Source of the DNA: Candidatus Bathyarchaeota archaeon
GTDB lineage: Archaea > Thermoproteota > Bathyarchaeia > Bathyarchaeales > Bathycorpusculaceae
Assembly (NCBI GenBank): GCA_963782525.1
Contig: CAWAKC010000007.1
Span: forward strand, 1 to 64,000
Length of the DNA: 64,000 nt
Direction of reading: 5' to 3'
Shown: positions 1 through 9,097 of the stretch, piece after piece
Layout: every line of letters starts with the position of its first letter
Position numbering within the stretch: the first letter of the stretch is position 1
Made by a program: the position numbers and the translations under genes
Notes under the pieces: model-generated
The model's input: the letters and a program-made list of their open reading frames with translations, nothing else
What the model was told of the DNA's origin: nothing
The model's database searches: none

Positions 1-53
1 AGACCCAGCGGCCTCACCACATTTTGCACGCTACACACAAAGCCAGTTAGTCT

Positions 54-1526
54 TTAGCCTCGGGGAATCATTGCAACAAATTGTTCAGGCACCATAGTCA
101 TGGATGCAAACAGGGCTAGCGCTATGCTCCAAAAAACGTCGTCGTGGGTGCCGTTGGGGTGAGAGTAGCCTATGGTTCCATCTCTGCGGTGCTCATAGCG
201 TTCGACGTTTAGTTCGCTGCAGATGTCTCCTCTGTAGGGTTTTTCCCAGTTTAGTAAGGGATAGTAAAACTTGCCGTTGGCCATGCGTTGCTTAAGGACG
301 CTGGCCATTTCGCTTTTTCTTGGTACACTAAAGATGACGCCTTCTGCGTTGTCGATGTCTGCATTTTGCATGTCGTCCATGATGCTTGGGCCTTCACGGG
401 TGAAATCTACTCTGATACGTGCAAAGCCTCCCCATCGATCCTGCAGAGCCTTAATATAACCTAAAACAGGGGCGTATTTGGTTGGCTGGCTGAATATTTT
501 GAGGTGACGCAGATAGAGGGTATCATTTCTGCGTTCTACAACCGAGAAGACAGTGTAGTCCCGGGTTTGGGCAAGGTCTAAACCAGCAAAAAATTCGCCT
601 TCCTGCGTAGCTTCGGGGTCAAGTAGATCGAGCTCTTCACTGCAATTTTTAACTGTGCCAATGCAGGAAGCAATTAAACTCTGATTTAACCAAACGTTGT
701 CATCCTCCACCCATTCAGCCTTCATTTCCCTCTGCCAACGCGACGGATCATCACCCATCTGTGCCTTTATCTGCTGGATAATGTTGGGTTTTAGGGGACC
801 GTTTGGGCTTAGGGCTTTTTCGTATGTGACATGCGAGGTTTTGAAGAGGCCAAAGTTTTTGTGGGTAAAGATTTTGTAGAAGACGCTATCGGTGTTCCAA
901 GGTGTGCTGCTGCAGACGAATTTGCCATCGGTTGTTCCAAGGGTGTAGAGAATGGCGTCGTAGAGGTCTTGGTCATTAGCCACGAAATTAAACTCATCCG
1001 CATACACCACATCAAAGGTTGGGCCTCGGATTGTTTCCGGGTTGTTGGGAAATGCCTCAACGCTGCTTCCATTGGCAAAATCGATTTTGGTTTTCTGTGG
1101 CTTAAGAGCAATGCCTGCTGGGAGCTTATGGGCGAATGCTGCTATGCGGGATATGATTCGTTTGGTTTGACGCCAAGAGGGTCCCACTATTGCGATTGCA
1201 GAGTTTGGATGGGTAACAGCATATTTTAGCAGGAGAGCTGAGATCGTTTCGGTTTTGCCGCTTTGCCTACACCATCGTGCAGCAGTGAACTGGTTGTTCT
1301 CAAAAACTGCAATGAATTCTTTTTGGTATGGATAGGGTTTAAAATCTAAGACACGCTCGAAGAAATCGAGGGTGTTGGTGCTTATTTGTTGGGTCCTTTC
1401 GGTAACCGTTTGCTTAAGTTGCGTGTTTTCTTGTTGGACCTCACGCCATTTAGCTGTGAACTGGTTGGGGCGTAGAGCTCGAGGTTCTTTCTTGAATCTC
1501 CTTGAGGGCCTCTTTGAGTTGTGCAT
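54..1526 (-). CDS. Terminase large subunit-like protein (Terminase_6-type ATPase plus RNase H-like nuclease)
   Basis: Walker A WCRQSGKT, Walker B VVYADE, motif III SSTP, nuclease motifs AGLDLA and HDDVFWSIALA. True start may lie nearer 1470. Confidence 0.9.
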   Translation of the reverse strand: MHNSKRPSRRFKKEPRALRPNQFTAKWREVQQENTQLKQTVTERTQQISTNTLDFFERVLDFKPYPYQKEFIAVFENNQFTAARWCRQSGKTETISALLLKYAVTHPNSAIAIVGPSWRQTKRIISRIAAFAHKLPAGIALKPQKTKIDFANGSSVEAFPNNPETIRGPTFDVVYADEFNFVANDQDLYDAILYTLGTTDGKFVCSSTPWNTDSVFYKIFTHKNFGLFKTSHVTYEKALSPNGPLKPNIIQQIKAQMGDDPSRWQREMKAEWVEDDNVWLNQSLIASCIGTVKNCSEELDLLDPEATQEGEFFAGLDLAQTRDYTVFSVVERRNDTLYLRHLKIFSQPTKYAPVLGYIKALQDRWGGFARIRVDFTREGPSIMDDMQNADIDNAEGVIFSVPRKSEMASVLKQRMANGKFYYPLLNWEKPYRGDICSELNVERYEHRRDGTIGYSHPNGTHDDVFWSIALALFASMTMVPEQFVAMIPRG

Positions 1527-1914
1527 TTTGGGCTTCCATTTCCTTTAGTTTTCGCTCAACATCTCGATAGTGAACATAGTCGGCTAAGAGTTCCTTGTAG
1601 GTTTTAGAAATGTTTGCTACCGCTTCCAAACGTTGAACTTCCAGCTTATTGAGCCCAGGTTTAACCGAGGCTTTGAGGGCACCCGCCAACATCTTGATGG
1701 CTTCTTCAACACTAGGCAACTCCCTTGGAAGAGAAACTGAAGAACAAACATAGCCTTGAGTCTGCAACTGCAAACCTAAACGTTGACACTTCACAATCAC
1801 AGCTCCAGGCGTCTTCTGCAGTTTACCAGCAATCTCATCGACACTTGCGTTACCTTCCACGAGTGCTTTGAGTTCAGTCTCCTCTTGGATTGTCCATCTT
1901 TTGCGATTAGTCAC
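1450..1914 (-). CDS. Small HTH (Myb-like) plus coiled-coil protein, putative terminase small subunit
   Basis: N-terminal RWTIQEETEL...IAGKLQKTPGAV HTH pattern, C-terminal coiled coil, overlaps the terminase 5' end. Confidence 0.55.
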   Translation of the reverse strand: MTNRKRWTIQEETELKALVEGNASVDEIAGKLQKTPGAVIVKCQRLGLQLQTQGYVCSSVSLPRELPSVEEAIKMLAGALKASVKPGLNKLEVQRLEAVANISKTYKELLADYVHYRDVERKLKEMEAQNAQLKEALKEIQERTSSSTPQPVHS

Positions 1915-2169
1915 CGATTGATACCCCCGATTGCTTGCTCGCCAACTGAGCTTATAAATTCTTAGCTACAGACCCAAAAAACACGAACTGTACAACAACA
2001 AACCCATCAACACAGAAACAAAAACGCCCACCTCGTGACCCCTATAGGGAATCTATCATTAAATTGCATCATTACGGAGCTTTGGAATGGGCAATTACCC
2101 ATTAAATGACTGGGATAAGGGAGTTAGTAAAATACTTGATTTATGTTCTAATAGCCTATACGGCTTGCT

Positions 2170-2192
2170 ACCTCTAATTCAGAATTAGAGGT
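2170..2192. repeat. Perfect 11-bp inverted repeat with 1-nt spacer
   Basis: ACCTCTAATTC-A-GAATTAGAGGT. Confidence 0.8.
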
Positions 2193-2304
2193 TCTTGCAA
2201 ATAGTGCATTTACCACAAACTTTCCAGACCGAAAGAGGCTTCAGGGGTTAAACTCTAATCAGGTTATCTAAAATCTTTTAAACAAACCCTATCAATTATG
2301 GTGT

Positions 2305-3092
2305 ATGCAATTTACAGAGTCATTCTTAATCGAAGGAGACCAAAATAAAGCCTTTGACTTACTTGAAAAATATGTTGAAGGCATGAAATTCAAGGTTAAG
2401 AATGTGGTTAGACCTAACTTATTGGTTCTTGAAAGGGCAGTAGTCTTGGGTCTGTTGCAAGTACAGGAATTGAAGATGTTAAAACTATCTTAATGATTAC
2501 CCTCAGGCAAATTTCCAAGAACATATAAGTCATCTGCAACTATGATGTTTCGGTTTATGGAATAATTTTAGAGAGTGATAAGATGACTCTCAAAACAGAA
2601 GTTGAGAGAATGCATAGTTTCTTACTAACGGCTTTGAATGCTTCAGAGGTTAGTCAAAACCTTCCTCCACCACCTCCACCGCTACCTCATCAGAAACAGA
2701 AGAAGTCACTTGGAATAATTGCTGTTGCTATTGTGGCTGTTGTAGTTATGGTTGCTGTGGGTGCATTTGTTGCTTTGCCATTGCTTGGTGTTACTGCACC
2801 TAAGCCAGAAGTTACAATGACCCAAGGTAGTGAGGGCTTGTCTGGTTTGAACTATGTTTACTATGTTGATGCAACAGTGGTTAATCATGGTGCAGATGGT
2901 CAAGTAACAGTTTATGCTGAAATTAATGGTGCTGGAAGGAATGAACAGCAAAGCACAAACATTTACTTGGCTAATGGTGAAAGCAAGACTGTGTCCTTGA
3001 CCTTTGATATAAGTCTTTTAGGAAGTCTAAGCAATCCCTCAATAAGCTATCATGCATGGGGGCTAATGCAAAATAATTCCAAGCCAAGATGA
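2305..3092 (+). pseudogene. Disrupted membrane-anchored protein (N-terminal domain, poly-Pro linker, TM helix, Ig/CARDB-like C-terminus)
   Basis: ORF 2305 shifts frame at ~2436 (GAAAGGGC) into GSSLGSVASTGIEDVKTIL..., hits TAA at 2526-2528, then continues in frame into ORF 2583-3092. Confidence 0.7.
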
Positions 3093-3137
3093 GCGCCTAT
3101 AAATCAAAAAATCGATATAAGCAGAATCCCTTTCTTT

Positions 3138-3251
3138 GTTGGCTGAAGTAGGAGAGTTAGCTTCTACTACTTGCCATCGGGATGCTCTTCAAAGAGACCG
3201 GATAAGATTGGGCGCCACAGGCAGTTAGACTCTCGGGCCGGCTAACTTTTT
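3138..3251 (+). ncRNA. Candidate structured small RNA gene of unknown family
   Basis: TATA-like ATATAAG at 3115-3121, nested stems (GTTGGCT/GGCCGGC, GAGAGT/ACTCTC, TGCC/GGCA, ATCGG/CCGGAT, CTCT/AGAG), T-run at 3247-3251. Confidence 0.4.
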
Positions 3252-3319
3252 AGTTACCTTGCAGGTTTTTGGCGGGGAAAGTTATTAGGCTATTATATGT
3301 TAACTATAGGTGATGTATA

Positions 3320-3550
3320 ATGAGTGAAGAAGTAACCACCATACAGCTCAAGAAATCCCTGGTCAAAGAGCTGAAAAGCATCAGAAGATACCCCAGAGAA
3401 ACCTACAACGAAATCATCGCAGACCTGATAAAGCTGGCCAAAGAATCCAAAACCCGTAGGCAATACGACGAGTTCCTCCATACGATTCAGCAGGCAAAAA
3501 TGAAGGAACTTTGGGACAACACCGAAGATGAGGCGTGGGAGCATGATTAA
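3320..3550 (+). CDS. Antitoxin (RHH-like, TTIQL...ETYNEII)
   Basis: 76 aa, acidic C-terminus ELWDNTEDEAW, overlaps downstream PemK/MazF toxin. Confidence 0.75.
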   Translation: MSEEVTTIQLKKSLVKELKSIRRYPRETYNEIIADLIKLAKESKTRRQYDEFLHTIQQAKMKELWDNTEDEAWEHD

Positions 3551-3857
3551 AGCCGGAGACGTCATTGTTGCATCCGTGCAGTTTACCGACATCGCTGAAG
3601 TGAAAACCAGACCCGCGGTTGTTCTTTTTGAAGAGTTAGGAAACGTTGTGGTAGCAGGTATAACAAGCAACCTTAAGATGAGGGGAATCCCGCAGTCGAA
3701 AAATGAGGGAGCCATAAAAGACAGCGTCATCAAATCAAACTACGTTTTTACTATATCCGATGAAATGGTCTTTAAAGTTATTTTTCACTTAAGCGAGGAG
3801 AAAAAGCACCTCATATTTGAAGAGCTAAACAAGAGACTTGATGGACTCAAAGCCTAA
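3543..3857 (+). CDS. PemK/MazF family toxin
   Basis: GDVIV...FTD...KTRPAVV...GITS motifs. ATG at 3543 overlaps the antitoxin end. Confidence 0.85.
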   Translation: MIKAGDVIVASVQFTDIAEVKTRPAVVLFEELGNVVVAGITSNLKMRGIPQSKNEGAIKDSVIKSNYVFTISDEMVFKVIFHLSEEKKHLIFEELNKRLDGLKA

Positions 3858-4091
3858 TTTCACTTATCGCTTTTCAGCGTAAAAGACGTTTAGTAGCGCT
3901 AGTAAATGTGGGTTGCTTTGGTGTCCGTTGTTTGGTCTGTGACGTTTAACAGGCAGGGGCTTTAAAGCTGCTTTTAAATAGTCATTAAAATTTTTAGTGA
4001 TCGCTGTTTGTCCGGCAGGTGCAAAGCAGAGCAGTACTTGTATCGTGTGAATAGCAAGAAAAAGACCATAATAAGCGTTTTTTGAATTAGC

Positions 4092-4115
4092 TGGTGCTAT
4101 GGACGGGATCTGAAC
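4092..4115 (-). other. Degenerate tRNA 3'-end remnant (possible att site)
   Basis: Reverse complement GTTCAGATCCCGTCCATAGCACCA reads as T-loop, 3' acceptor strand and CCA. No 5' half is present. Confidence 0.55.
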
Positions 4116-4149
4116 TTCCTGCGAACCCCTAATGGAAAGGATTCCTACT

Positions 4150-4407
4150 TTATTTATCGTAAACTTTTTTGCGGTGACCAATAGTCCGAATAACAATTGT
4201 CTGCTCCGACACTTGGTAGATTATTCTGTAATCACCTACTCGAAAGGACTTAAGCTCACTTAAACGTCCCACCAGCTGTTTGCTGGCAAAAGGCTTGTCT
4301 TCCAAAAATTTTAGTTCTCTTAGAATCCTAATTTGGGTCTGCTTATCAAGACGCTTTAGTCCCTTTAGGAACTCTCTAGTAAAGGTGAGCTCAAATTTCT
4401 TTTTCAT
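4150..4407 (-). CDS. RelE/ParE family toxin
   Basis: SFRVGDYRIIY...IGHRKKVY signature. Confidence 0.9.
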   Translation of the reverse strand: MKKKFELTFTREFLKGLKRLDKQTQIRILRELKFLEDKPFASKQLVGRLSELKSFRVGDYRIIYQVSEQTIVIRTIGHRKKVYDK

Positions 4408-4621
4408 CGATTTTAAGCTCTTCTAGCATTTCTTTGTAGGTGAGCACTTTTCCTTCTTTGAGGTCTTTTAGGCTCCTCTCAATGCTTTTCATCAGTTTTT
4501 CATCGCTCAGGATTTCCATTGTTTCAGTGAGCTCTTCAACGAGAGTTCTGAGTTTTGGTAGTTCTTCAGCTATGACTTTGAGGTTTTTCTTGTCCTCATT
4601 TGTGAAAACCGCTTCAACCAA
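4391..4621 (-). CDS. Antitoxin partner of RelE
   Basis: ETMEILSDEKLMKSIERSLKDLKEGK motif, overlaps RelE start. Confidence 0.8.
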   Translation of the reverse strand: MVEAVFTNEDKKNLKVIAEELPKLRTLVEELTETMEILSDEKLMKSIERSLKDLKEGKVLTYKEMLEELKIDEKEI

Positions 4622-4712
4622 CCCAAGTCACCAAGTATATTCTATTAATTAGAATGTTGGAGAGTATTAAAATTTCCCTAAAAACGCAAAAAGTCGAGAT
4701 TTTTTGTGGGGC

Positions 4713-4797
4713 AGTTTTCCTTCAACGCTTCCACCAACTTACTTTAACACATAAGTTAGGGATAAGGCGGCGCAATAGGTGGAAAAGAAGGAAAACT
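4713..4797. repeat. 85-bp imperfect palindrome at island edge
   Basis: AGTTTTCCTTC/GAAGGAAAACT, TTCCACC/GGTGGAA, inner AACTTA/TAAGTT. Confidence 0.75.
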
Positions 4798-5222
4798 AAA
4801 GTTATAAACCGTTTCGCGCTTAAGTAGAATATGAAGTACTAGAACAGCTGTGAATCAAAACTTTTCTGTGGTCTATTACCCAAATTGAAAAAGCGGATTA
4901 AAGTTTGTTGGACTGCTATTGGGACTGCTACCACCAACGATTCGGAAAAACTTGATCGACGCAAAAACAGATACGCCAACATACCCTCACACTACACTCA
5001 CACTCTTCAACATAGAATCCAACATCGCTGTGTGGACCAAACCATCTTCCCACACACAAAAAACAAGAGAGAACCAACCCAAACCCAAAAAGCAACCAAA
5101 TCCAAACCCCCAAGTGTAGTGTGCAATTTATAGCGCCCCACACCCACACAAAGAGAACTAAAGTTATTTTGCGATTGTTTTTTAAGAAGGCAGTCAGGTA
5201 ATTGGATTTAAGGCGAATCAAA

Positions 5223-6530
5223 GTGGGCTTAAGAAACTTCATTGAACAACTCCAAAACAAGGGTGAATTAACAAAGATTACAAAGCCTGTCTCAACCGAG
5301 TATGAGATGGCAGGCATTATCGCGGCTTTAGGCGAGAAACCAGTTTATTTTGAGAATGTTAAAGAATCAAGCGTCCCAGTCGTAGCAGGGCTGGTTTCTT
5401 CCAAAGAGTTGATTTGCCGCTCAATGGGCATAACCAAAGAGCAACTTCTCCCGAAACTGCTGTCAGCCATCGAAAAGCCTATCGCACCACAAATGGTTGA
5501 GAAGGCACCTTGTCAAGAAGTTGTCGAGAAAAACGTTGATTTAACCAAGCTTCCAATCATGCATTACACTGACAAGGACGGCGGAAAATACATTGCCTCT
5601 GCAGTCGCCATCGTCAAGGACCCGCAACTGGGCAGAAACATGTGTTTCCACCGCCTAATGCTCAAAGACAAGAACCACTTTGTAGCGCGAATTGTTGAGA
5701 ACCGAGGTACAGACTCTGCTCTTAAGAAGGCTGGCGGAGAACTCGACATTGCCTTCTGTGTTGGCAACGCAACAGCGGTGCTTCTTTCAGCGGCTACAAC
5801 CCTGCCCGTGGGCACAGACGAATTGGGAATGGCAAACGCATTAGAAAAAACTGATTTGGTCAAATGCAAAACTGTGGACCTTGAAGTTCCAGCAGACAGC
5901 GAATTCATCTTTGAAGGGCGCATCACCAAAGAGAAAGCGACGGAAGGACCCTTCCTCGACTTAACAGGCATCGTTGACCGCGAACGCCAACAACCTGTAG
6001 TAGAAATCAAATGTATCACCCACCGCAAGAACCCCATCTACCAAACCATCCTCGCAGGCAAAAACGAACACAAATTCTTAATGGGTATGCCCAAAGAACC
6101 CACCATCTACAACGAAGTCGGCAAAGTCTGCCAAGTCAAAGACGTTTACGTTACGCCGGGCGGATGCAGTTGGCTCCACGCCGTTGTACAAATCAAAAAG
6201 CAGAATGCTGATGACGGCAAAAAAGCCATAGCCGCAGCGTTCAAAGGACATGGATCTCTCAAACACTGCGTCATTGTGGACGATGACATAAACATCTACG
6301 ACCCACAGGACGTGGAATGGGCAATCGCAACAAGACTACAAGCAGACAAGAACGTAGTCATCCTCTCTAACCAACCGGGTTCATCGCTTGATCCCTCAGG
6401 AGACCTCTCTGAAGGCAAAAAAGCCACAACCGCCAAAGCAGGCTTAGACGCAACCGCACCCCTCGTATCCACGGGCAAGGGCTTTAAGAAAGTGGACTAC
6501 ATCAAAGTTGACTTAAACAAATACTTGTGA
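5223..6530 (+). CDS. UbiD-family decarboxylase, likely anhydromevalonate phosphate decarboxylase
   Basis: UbiD motifs (EGPF, VDDDINIYDPQDVEWAIATR, GSSLDPS), coupled to AcnX genes. Confidence 0.85.
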   Translation: MGLRNFIEQLQNKGELTKITKPVSTEYEMAGIIAALGEKPVYFENVKESSVPVVAGLVSSKELICRSMGITKEQLLPKLLSAIEKPIAPQMVEKAPCQEVVEKNVDLTKLPIMHYTDKDGGKYIASAVAIVKDPQLGRNMCFHRLMLKDKNHFVARIVENRGTDSALKKAGGELDIAFCVGNATAVLLSAATTLPVGTDELGMANALEKTDLVKCKTVDLEVPADSEFIFEGRITKEKATEGPFLDLTGIVDRERQQPVVEIKCITHRKNPIYQTILAGKNEHKFLMGMPKEPTIYNEVGKVCQVKDVYVTPGGCSWLHAVVQIKKQNADDGKKAIAAAFKGHGSLKHCVIVDDDINIYDPQDVEWAIATRLQADKNVVILSNQPGSSLDPSGDLSEGKKATTAKAGLDATAPLVSTGKGFKKVDYIKVDLNKYL

Positions 6531-6535
6531 TCAGT

Positions 6536-7735
6536 ATGGAACTAACTAAACAAGAACAAGCAATGCTGGATGGCAAAGAAGGCTACGCCGTCCGCAAAAG
6601 CATGGAAATCCTAGTTGCACTCGGAGAGATTTTCGGCGCAAAAGACCTGATTAAAGTGGGCAGCGTCCAAGTCGCAGGAGTATCCTACCATAACCTTGGC
6701 GACGCAGGCTTAGAATTCCTAAATGAATTAGCTGTCGACGGCAGAGTCAAAGTACTCACCACCCTCAACCCAGCAGGCATGGACCTTGAAAACTGGCAGC
6801 AACTCGGAATCAGCCCCGAATTCGCCGAAAAACAAAACCTCGTCATCGACGCTTTCAAACGCATGGGCATCCTGATCAGCTGCACCTGCACACCCTACCT
6901 CATCGGCAACCTACCTCTCTACGGCGAGCACCTTGCATGGTCCGAGAGCAGCGCCGTCACATTCGCCAACTCTGTCTTGGGCGCAAGAACCAACCGTGAA
7001 GGCGGACCATCCGCACTCGCAGCAGCGTTTGTCGGAAAAACCCCCAATTACGGGTTGCATTTGGGTGAGAATCGCGTGCCAGATGTGCATGTTCATGTTA
7101 ACGCAGAATTAACCAAACTCTCCGATTGGGGAGCACTGGGCTACGTGATTGGCAGGAAAGCAGAGAACAAAATCCCATACATCACAGGCATAAAAGCAGC
7201 AGAACTCGACGAGCTTAAATCATTCTGCGCATCAGTCGTGACCTATGGCGCAAAACCGCTCTTCTACATGAAGGGCGTAACGCCTGGAGCTGAACAGCAG
7301 CCGCAACTCAAAGAAAAAGTGGTAATTGAACAAACTGATCTGAAGAATGCCTACGACAGCATCAACGACGACGTATCTGAGATTGAGCTTGTTTGTGTCG
7401 GTTGCCCGCACTGTTCAATCAAGGAAATATCCGAAATCGCAGAGTTAGTCAAAGACAAAAAAGTGGCGCAGGGCACAGAGTTTTGGATTGCCACATCCCG
7501 AAGTGCTAAACACCTCTCGGACCAACGGGGCTACACTGAAGTCATCGAAGCGGCGGGCGGCAAATTTGCCTGTGACACATGCATGGCAGTGGCACCTCTG
7601 AAAGGTAGGTTCAAATCTTTGGCGACAACCTCGGCCAAAGGATGCTTCTACTCGAGGCAGAACCTCATGAAAACCAAAATGGGCAGCATGAAAGAATGCA
7701 TTGAAGCAGCGGTGACTGGAAAATGGAACAGCTAA
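6536..7735 (+). CDS. Aconitase X large subunit (phosphomevalonate dehydratase large subunit)
   Basis: CTCTPY, WSESSA, GARTNREGG, GCPHCS motifs. Confidence 0.9.
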   Translation: MELTKQEQAMLDGKEGYAVRKSMEILVALGEIFGAKDLIKVGSVQVAGVSYHNLGDAGLEFLNELAVDGRVKVLTTLNPAGMDLENWQQLGISPEFAEKQNLVIDAFKRMGILISCTCTPYLIGNLPLYGEHLAWSESSAVTFANSVLGARTNREGGPSALAAAFVGKTPNYGLHLGENRVPDVHVHVNAELTKLSDWGALGYVIGRKAENKIPYITGIKAAELDELKSFCASVVTYGAKPLFYMKGVTPGAEQQPQLKEKVVIEQTDLKNAYDSINDDVSEIELVCVGCPHCSIKEISEIAELVKDKKVAQGTEFWIATSRSAKHLSDQRGYTEVIEAAGGKFACDTCMAVAPLKGRFKSLATTSAKGCFYSRQNLMKTKMGSMKECIEAAVTGKWNS

Positions 7736-8109
7736 AAGGCAGAATAATCTACAAAGGCAAAGCCGAGGGAGAAGCTCTCGTTACAGAGATGCCGATTTCC
7801 TTCTATGGCGGCGTCGACCCCAACACAGGAGTCATAATCGAGAAGGGACACCAACTTAACGGCCAAAGCGTCAAAGGCAAAATCCTCGTGTTCCCACAAG
7901 GCAAAGGCAGCACAGTCGGCAGCTACACACTCTACCGCATGAAGAAAAACGGCACCGCACCCGCAGGCATGATAAACAAAGAATGCGAAACCATCATAGC
8001 CGTCGGCGCCATCATCAGCGAAATCCCCACCATAGACAAAGTAGACATCTGCAAAATCAAAACAGGCAACAAAATCACAATAGAAAACGACACCGTCAAG
8101 ATTCAATAA
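7723..8109 (+). CDS. Aconitase X swivel small subunit (DUF126)
   Basis: ISFYGGVDP, GKGSTVGS motifs. Confidence 0.9.
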   Translation: MEQLKGRIIYKGKAEGEALVTEMPISFYGGVDPNTGVIIEKGHQLNGQSVKGKILVFPQGKGSTVGSYTLYRMKKNGTAPAGMINKECETIIAVGAIISEIPTIDKVDICKIKTGNKITIENDTVKIQ

Positions 8110-8292
8110 GCCATTTCTTATTTTATCTTAAATTTTTTTATTCAATTCATTTTTAAAATTGAATTTTGTACATAACAAAATTGACGCATCCAAGATTAAG
8201 AAACCTACCAACATCAAAATATTCAGGAACATACAATGAACTGTAATGTTAAATTAGCAGAACACAAATAGACATAGTTGGTTACGATTACA

Positions 8293-9096
8293 ATGAATGA
8301 TTCAAGACCCATCATCCTAAAAATTGGCGGTTCAGCCATCACCGACAAAACAGGAGAATTAGCGGCAAAAACCGAAATCATCAACCGCTTAGCAGAAGAA
8401 ATCAAGCGAGCAGACCTCGACAACCTGATTGTTGTGCATGGAGGCGGCAGTTTTGGCCATCCGACTGCACTAAAATATGGCTTAAAAGACGGTTACAATG
8501 AAGACCCAAACCAAAAACTGGGATTCGCCGAAACCCATCACGTTATGACCGTACTAAATGGCTTAGTTATGGACGCCATGATTTGGCATGAAACCGCAGC
8601 CGTAAGCATAGCACCATCATCATGCTTCTTAACGGAGAACGGAAAAATCAAGTTCTTCGACGAAACCGTCCTCAAAGCCATGCAAAAAATGAATTTCACA
8701 CCAGTCATGTATGGCGACGCCGTTTTAGATGAAAAGATAGGCTTCACCATCCTCTCAGGCGACCAACTCGTAGCCTACCTAGCCATAAAGTATAATGCAT
8801 CAAAAATTGTTGTTGGCACAGACACAGACGGCATATTCGATGCAGACCCAAAAACCAACCCAGACGCCAAACCCTACAAGAAACTCACCTTAGCCGAACT
8901 CAAAGCTATCCAGCCTAAACTTGGAAAAGCCCAAGGCAAAGACGTCACAGGCGGTATGGCAGGAAAAATATCTGCACTTATCCCAGCAGTTGAGCATGGA
9001 ATCCATATAACAGTTACAGGAGCCACAAAAGGGTTATCTATTTACAGAGCCTTAACAGACCAAAGTGTGTTAGGCACTGAAATAGAGAAGACCTAA
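8293..9096 (+). CDS. ipk: Isopentenyl phosphate kinase
   Basis: LKIGGSAITDK, VHGGGSFGH, SGD, DVTGGMAGK. Confidence 0.9.
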   Translation: MNDSRPIILKIGGSAITDKTGELAAKTEIINRLAEEIKRADLDNLIVVHGGGSFGHPTALKYGLKDGYNEDPNQKLGFAETHHVMTVLNGLVMDAMIWHETAAVSIAPSSCFLTENGKIKFFDETVLKAMQKMNFTPVMYGDAVLDEKIGFTILSGDQLVAYLAIKYNASKIVVGTDTDGIFDADPKTNPDAKPYKKLTLAELKAIQPKLGKAQGKDVTGGMAGKISALIPAVEHGIHITVTGATKGLSIYRALTDQSVLGTEIEKT

Positions 9097-9097
9097 A

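Larger units (their letters stand above)
1..4800. mobile_element. Decayed provirus-like/accessory island (left end outside window)
   Basis: Terminase module, pseudogene, two TA pairs, tRNA 3'-end remnant. Housekeeping genes resume at ~5220. Confidence 0.55.

Noticed and set aside
3181-3200. CTTCAAA resembling a tRNA-Sec anticodon loop
   Set aside because: Flanks (ATGCT/GAGAC) do not form an anticodon stem and no cloverleaf can be built.
3864-4196. 110-aa minus-strand ORF downstream of relE
   Set aside because: No motifs, overlaps relE and runs through the tRNA remnant.
4885-5317. Overlapping short ORFs before the UbiD gene
   Set aside because: Low-complexity A/C-rich sequence with no recognisable motifs; at most a gene remnant.
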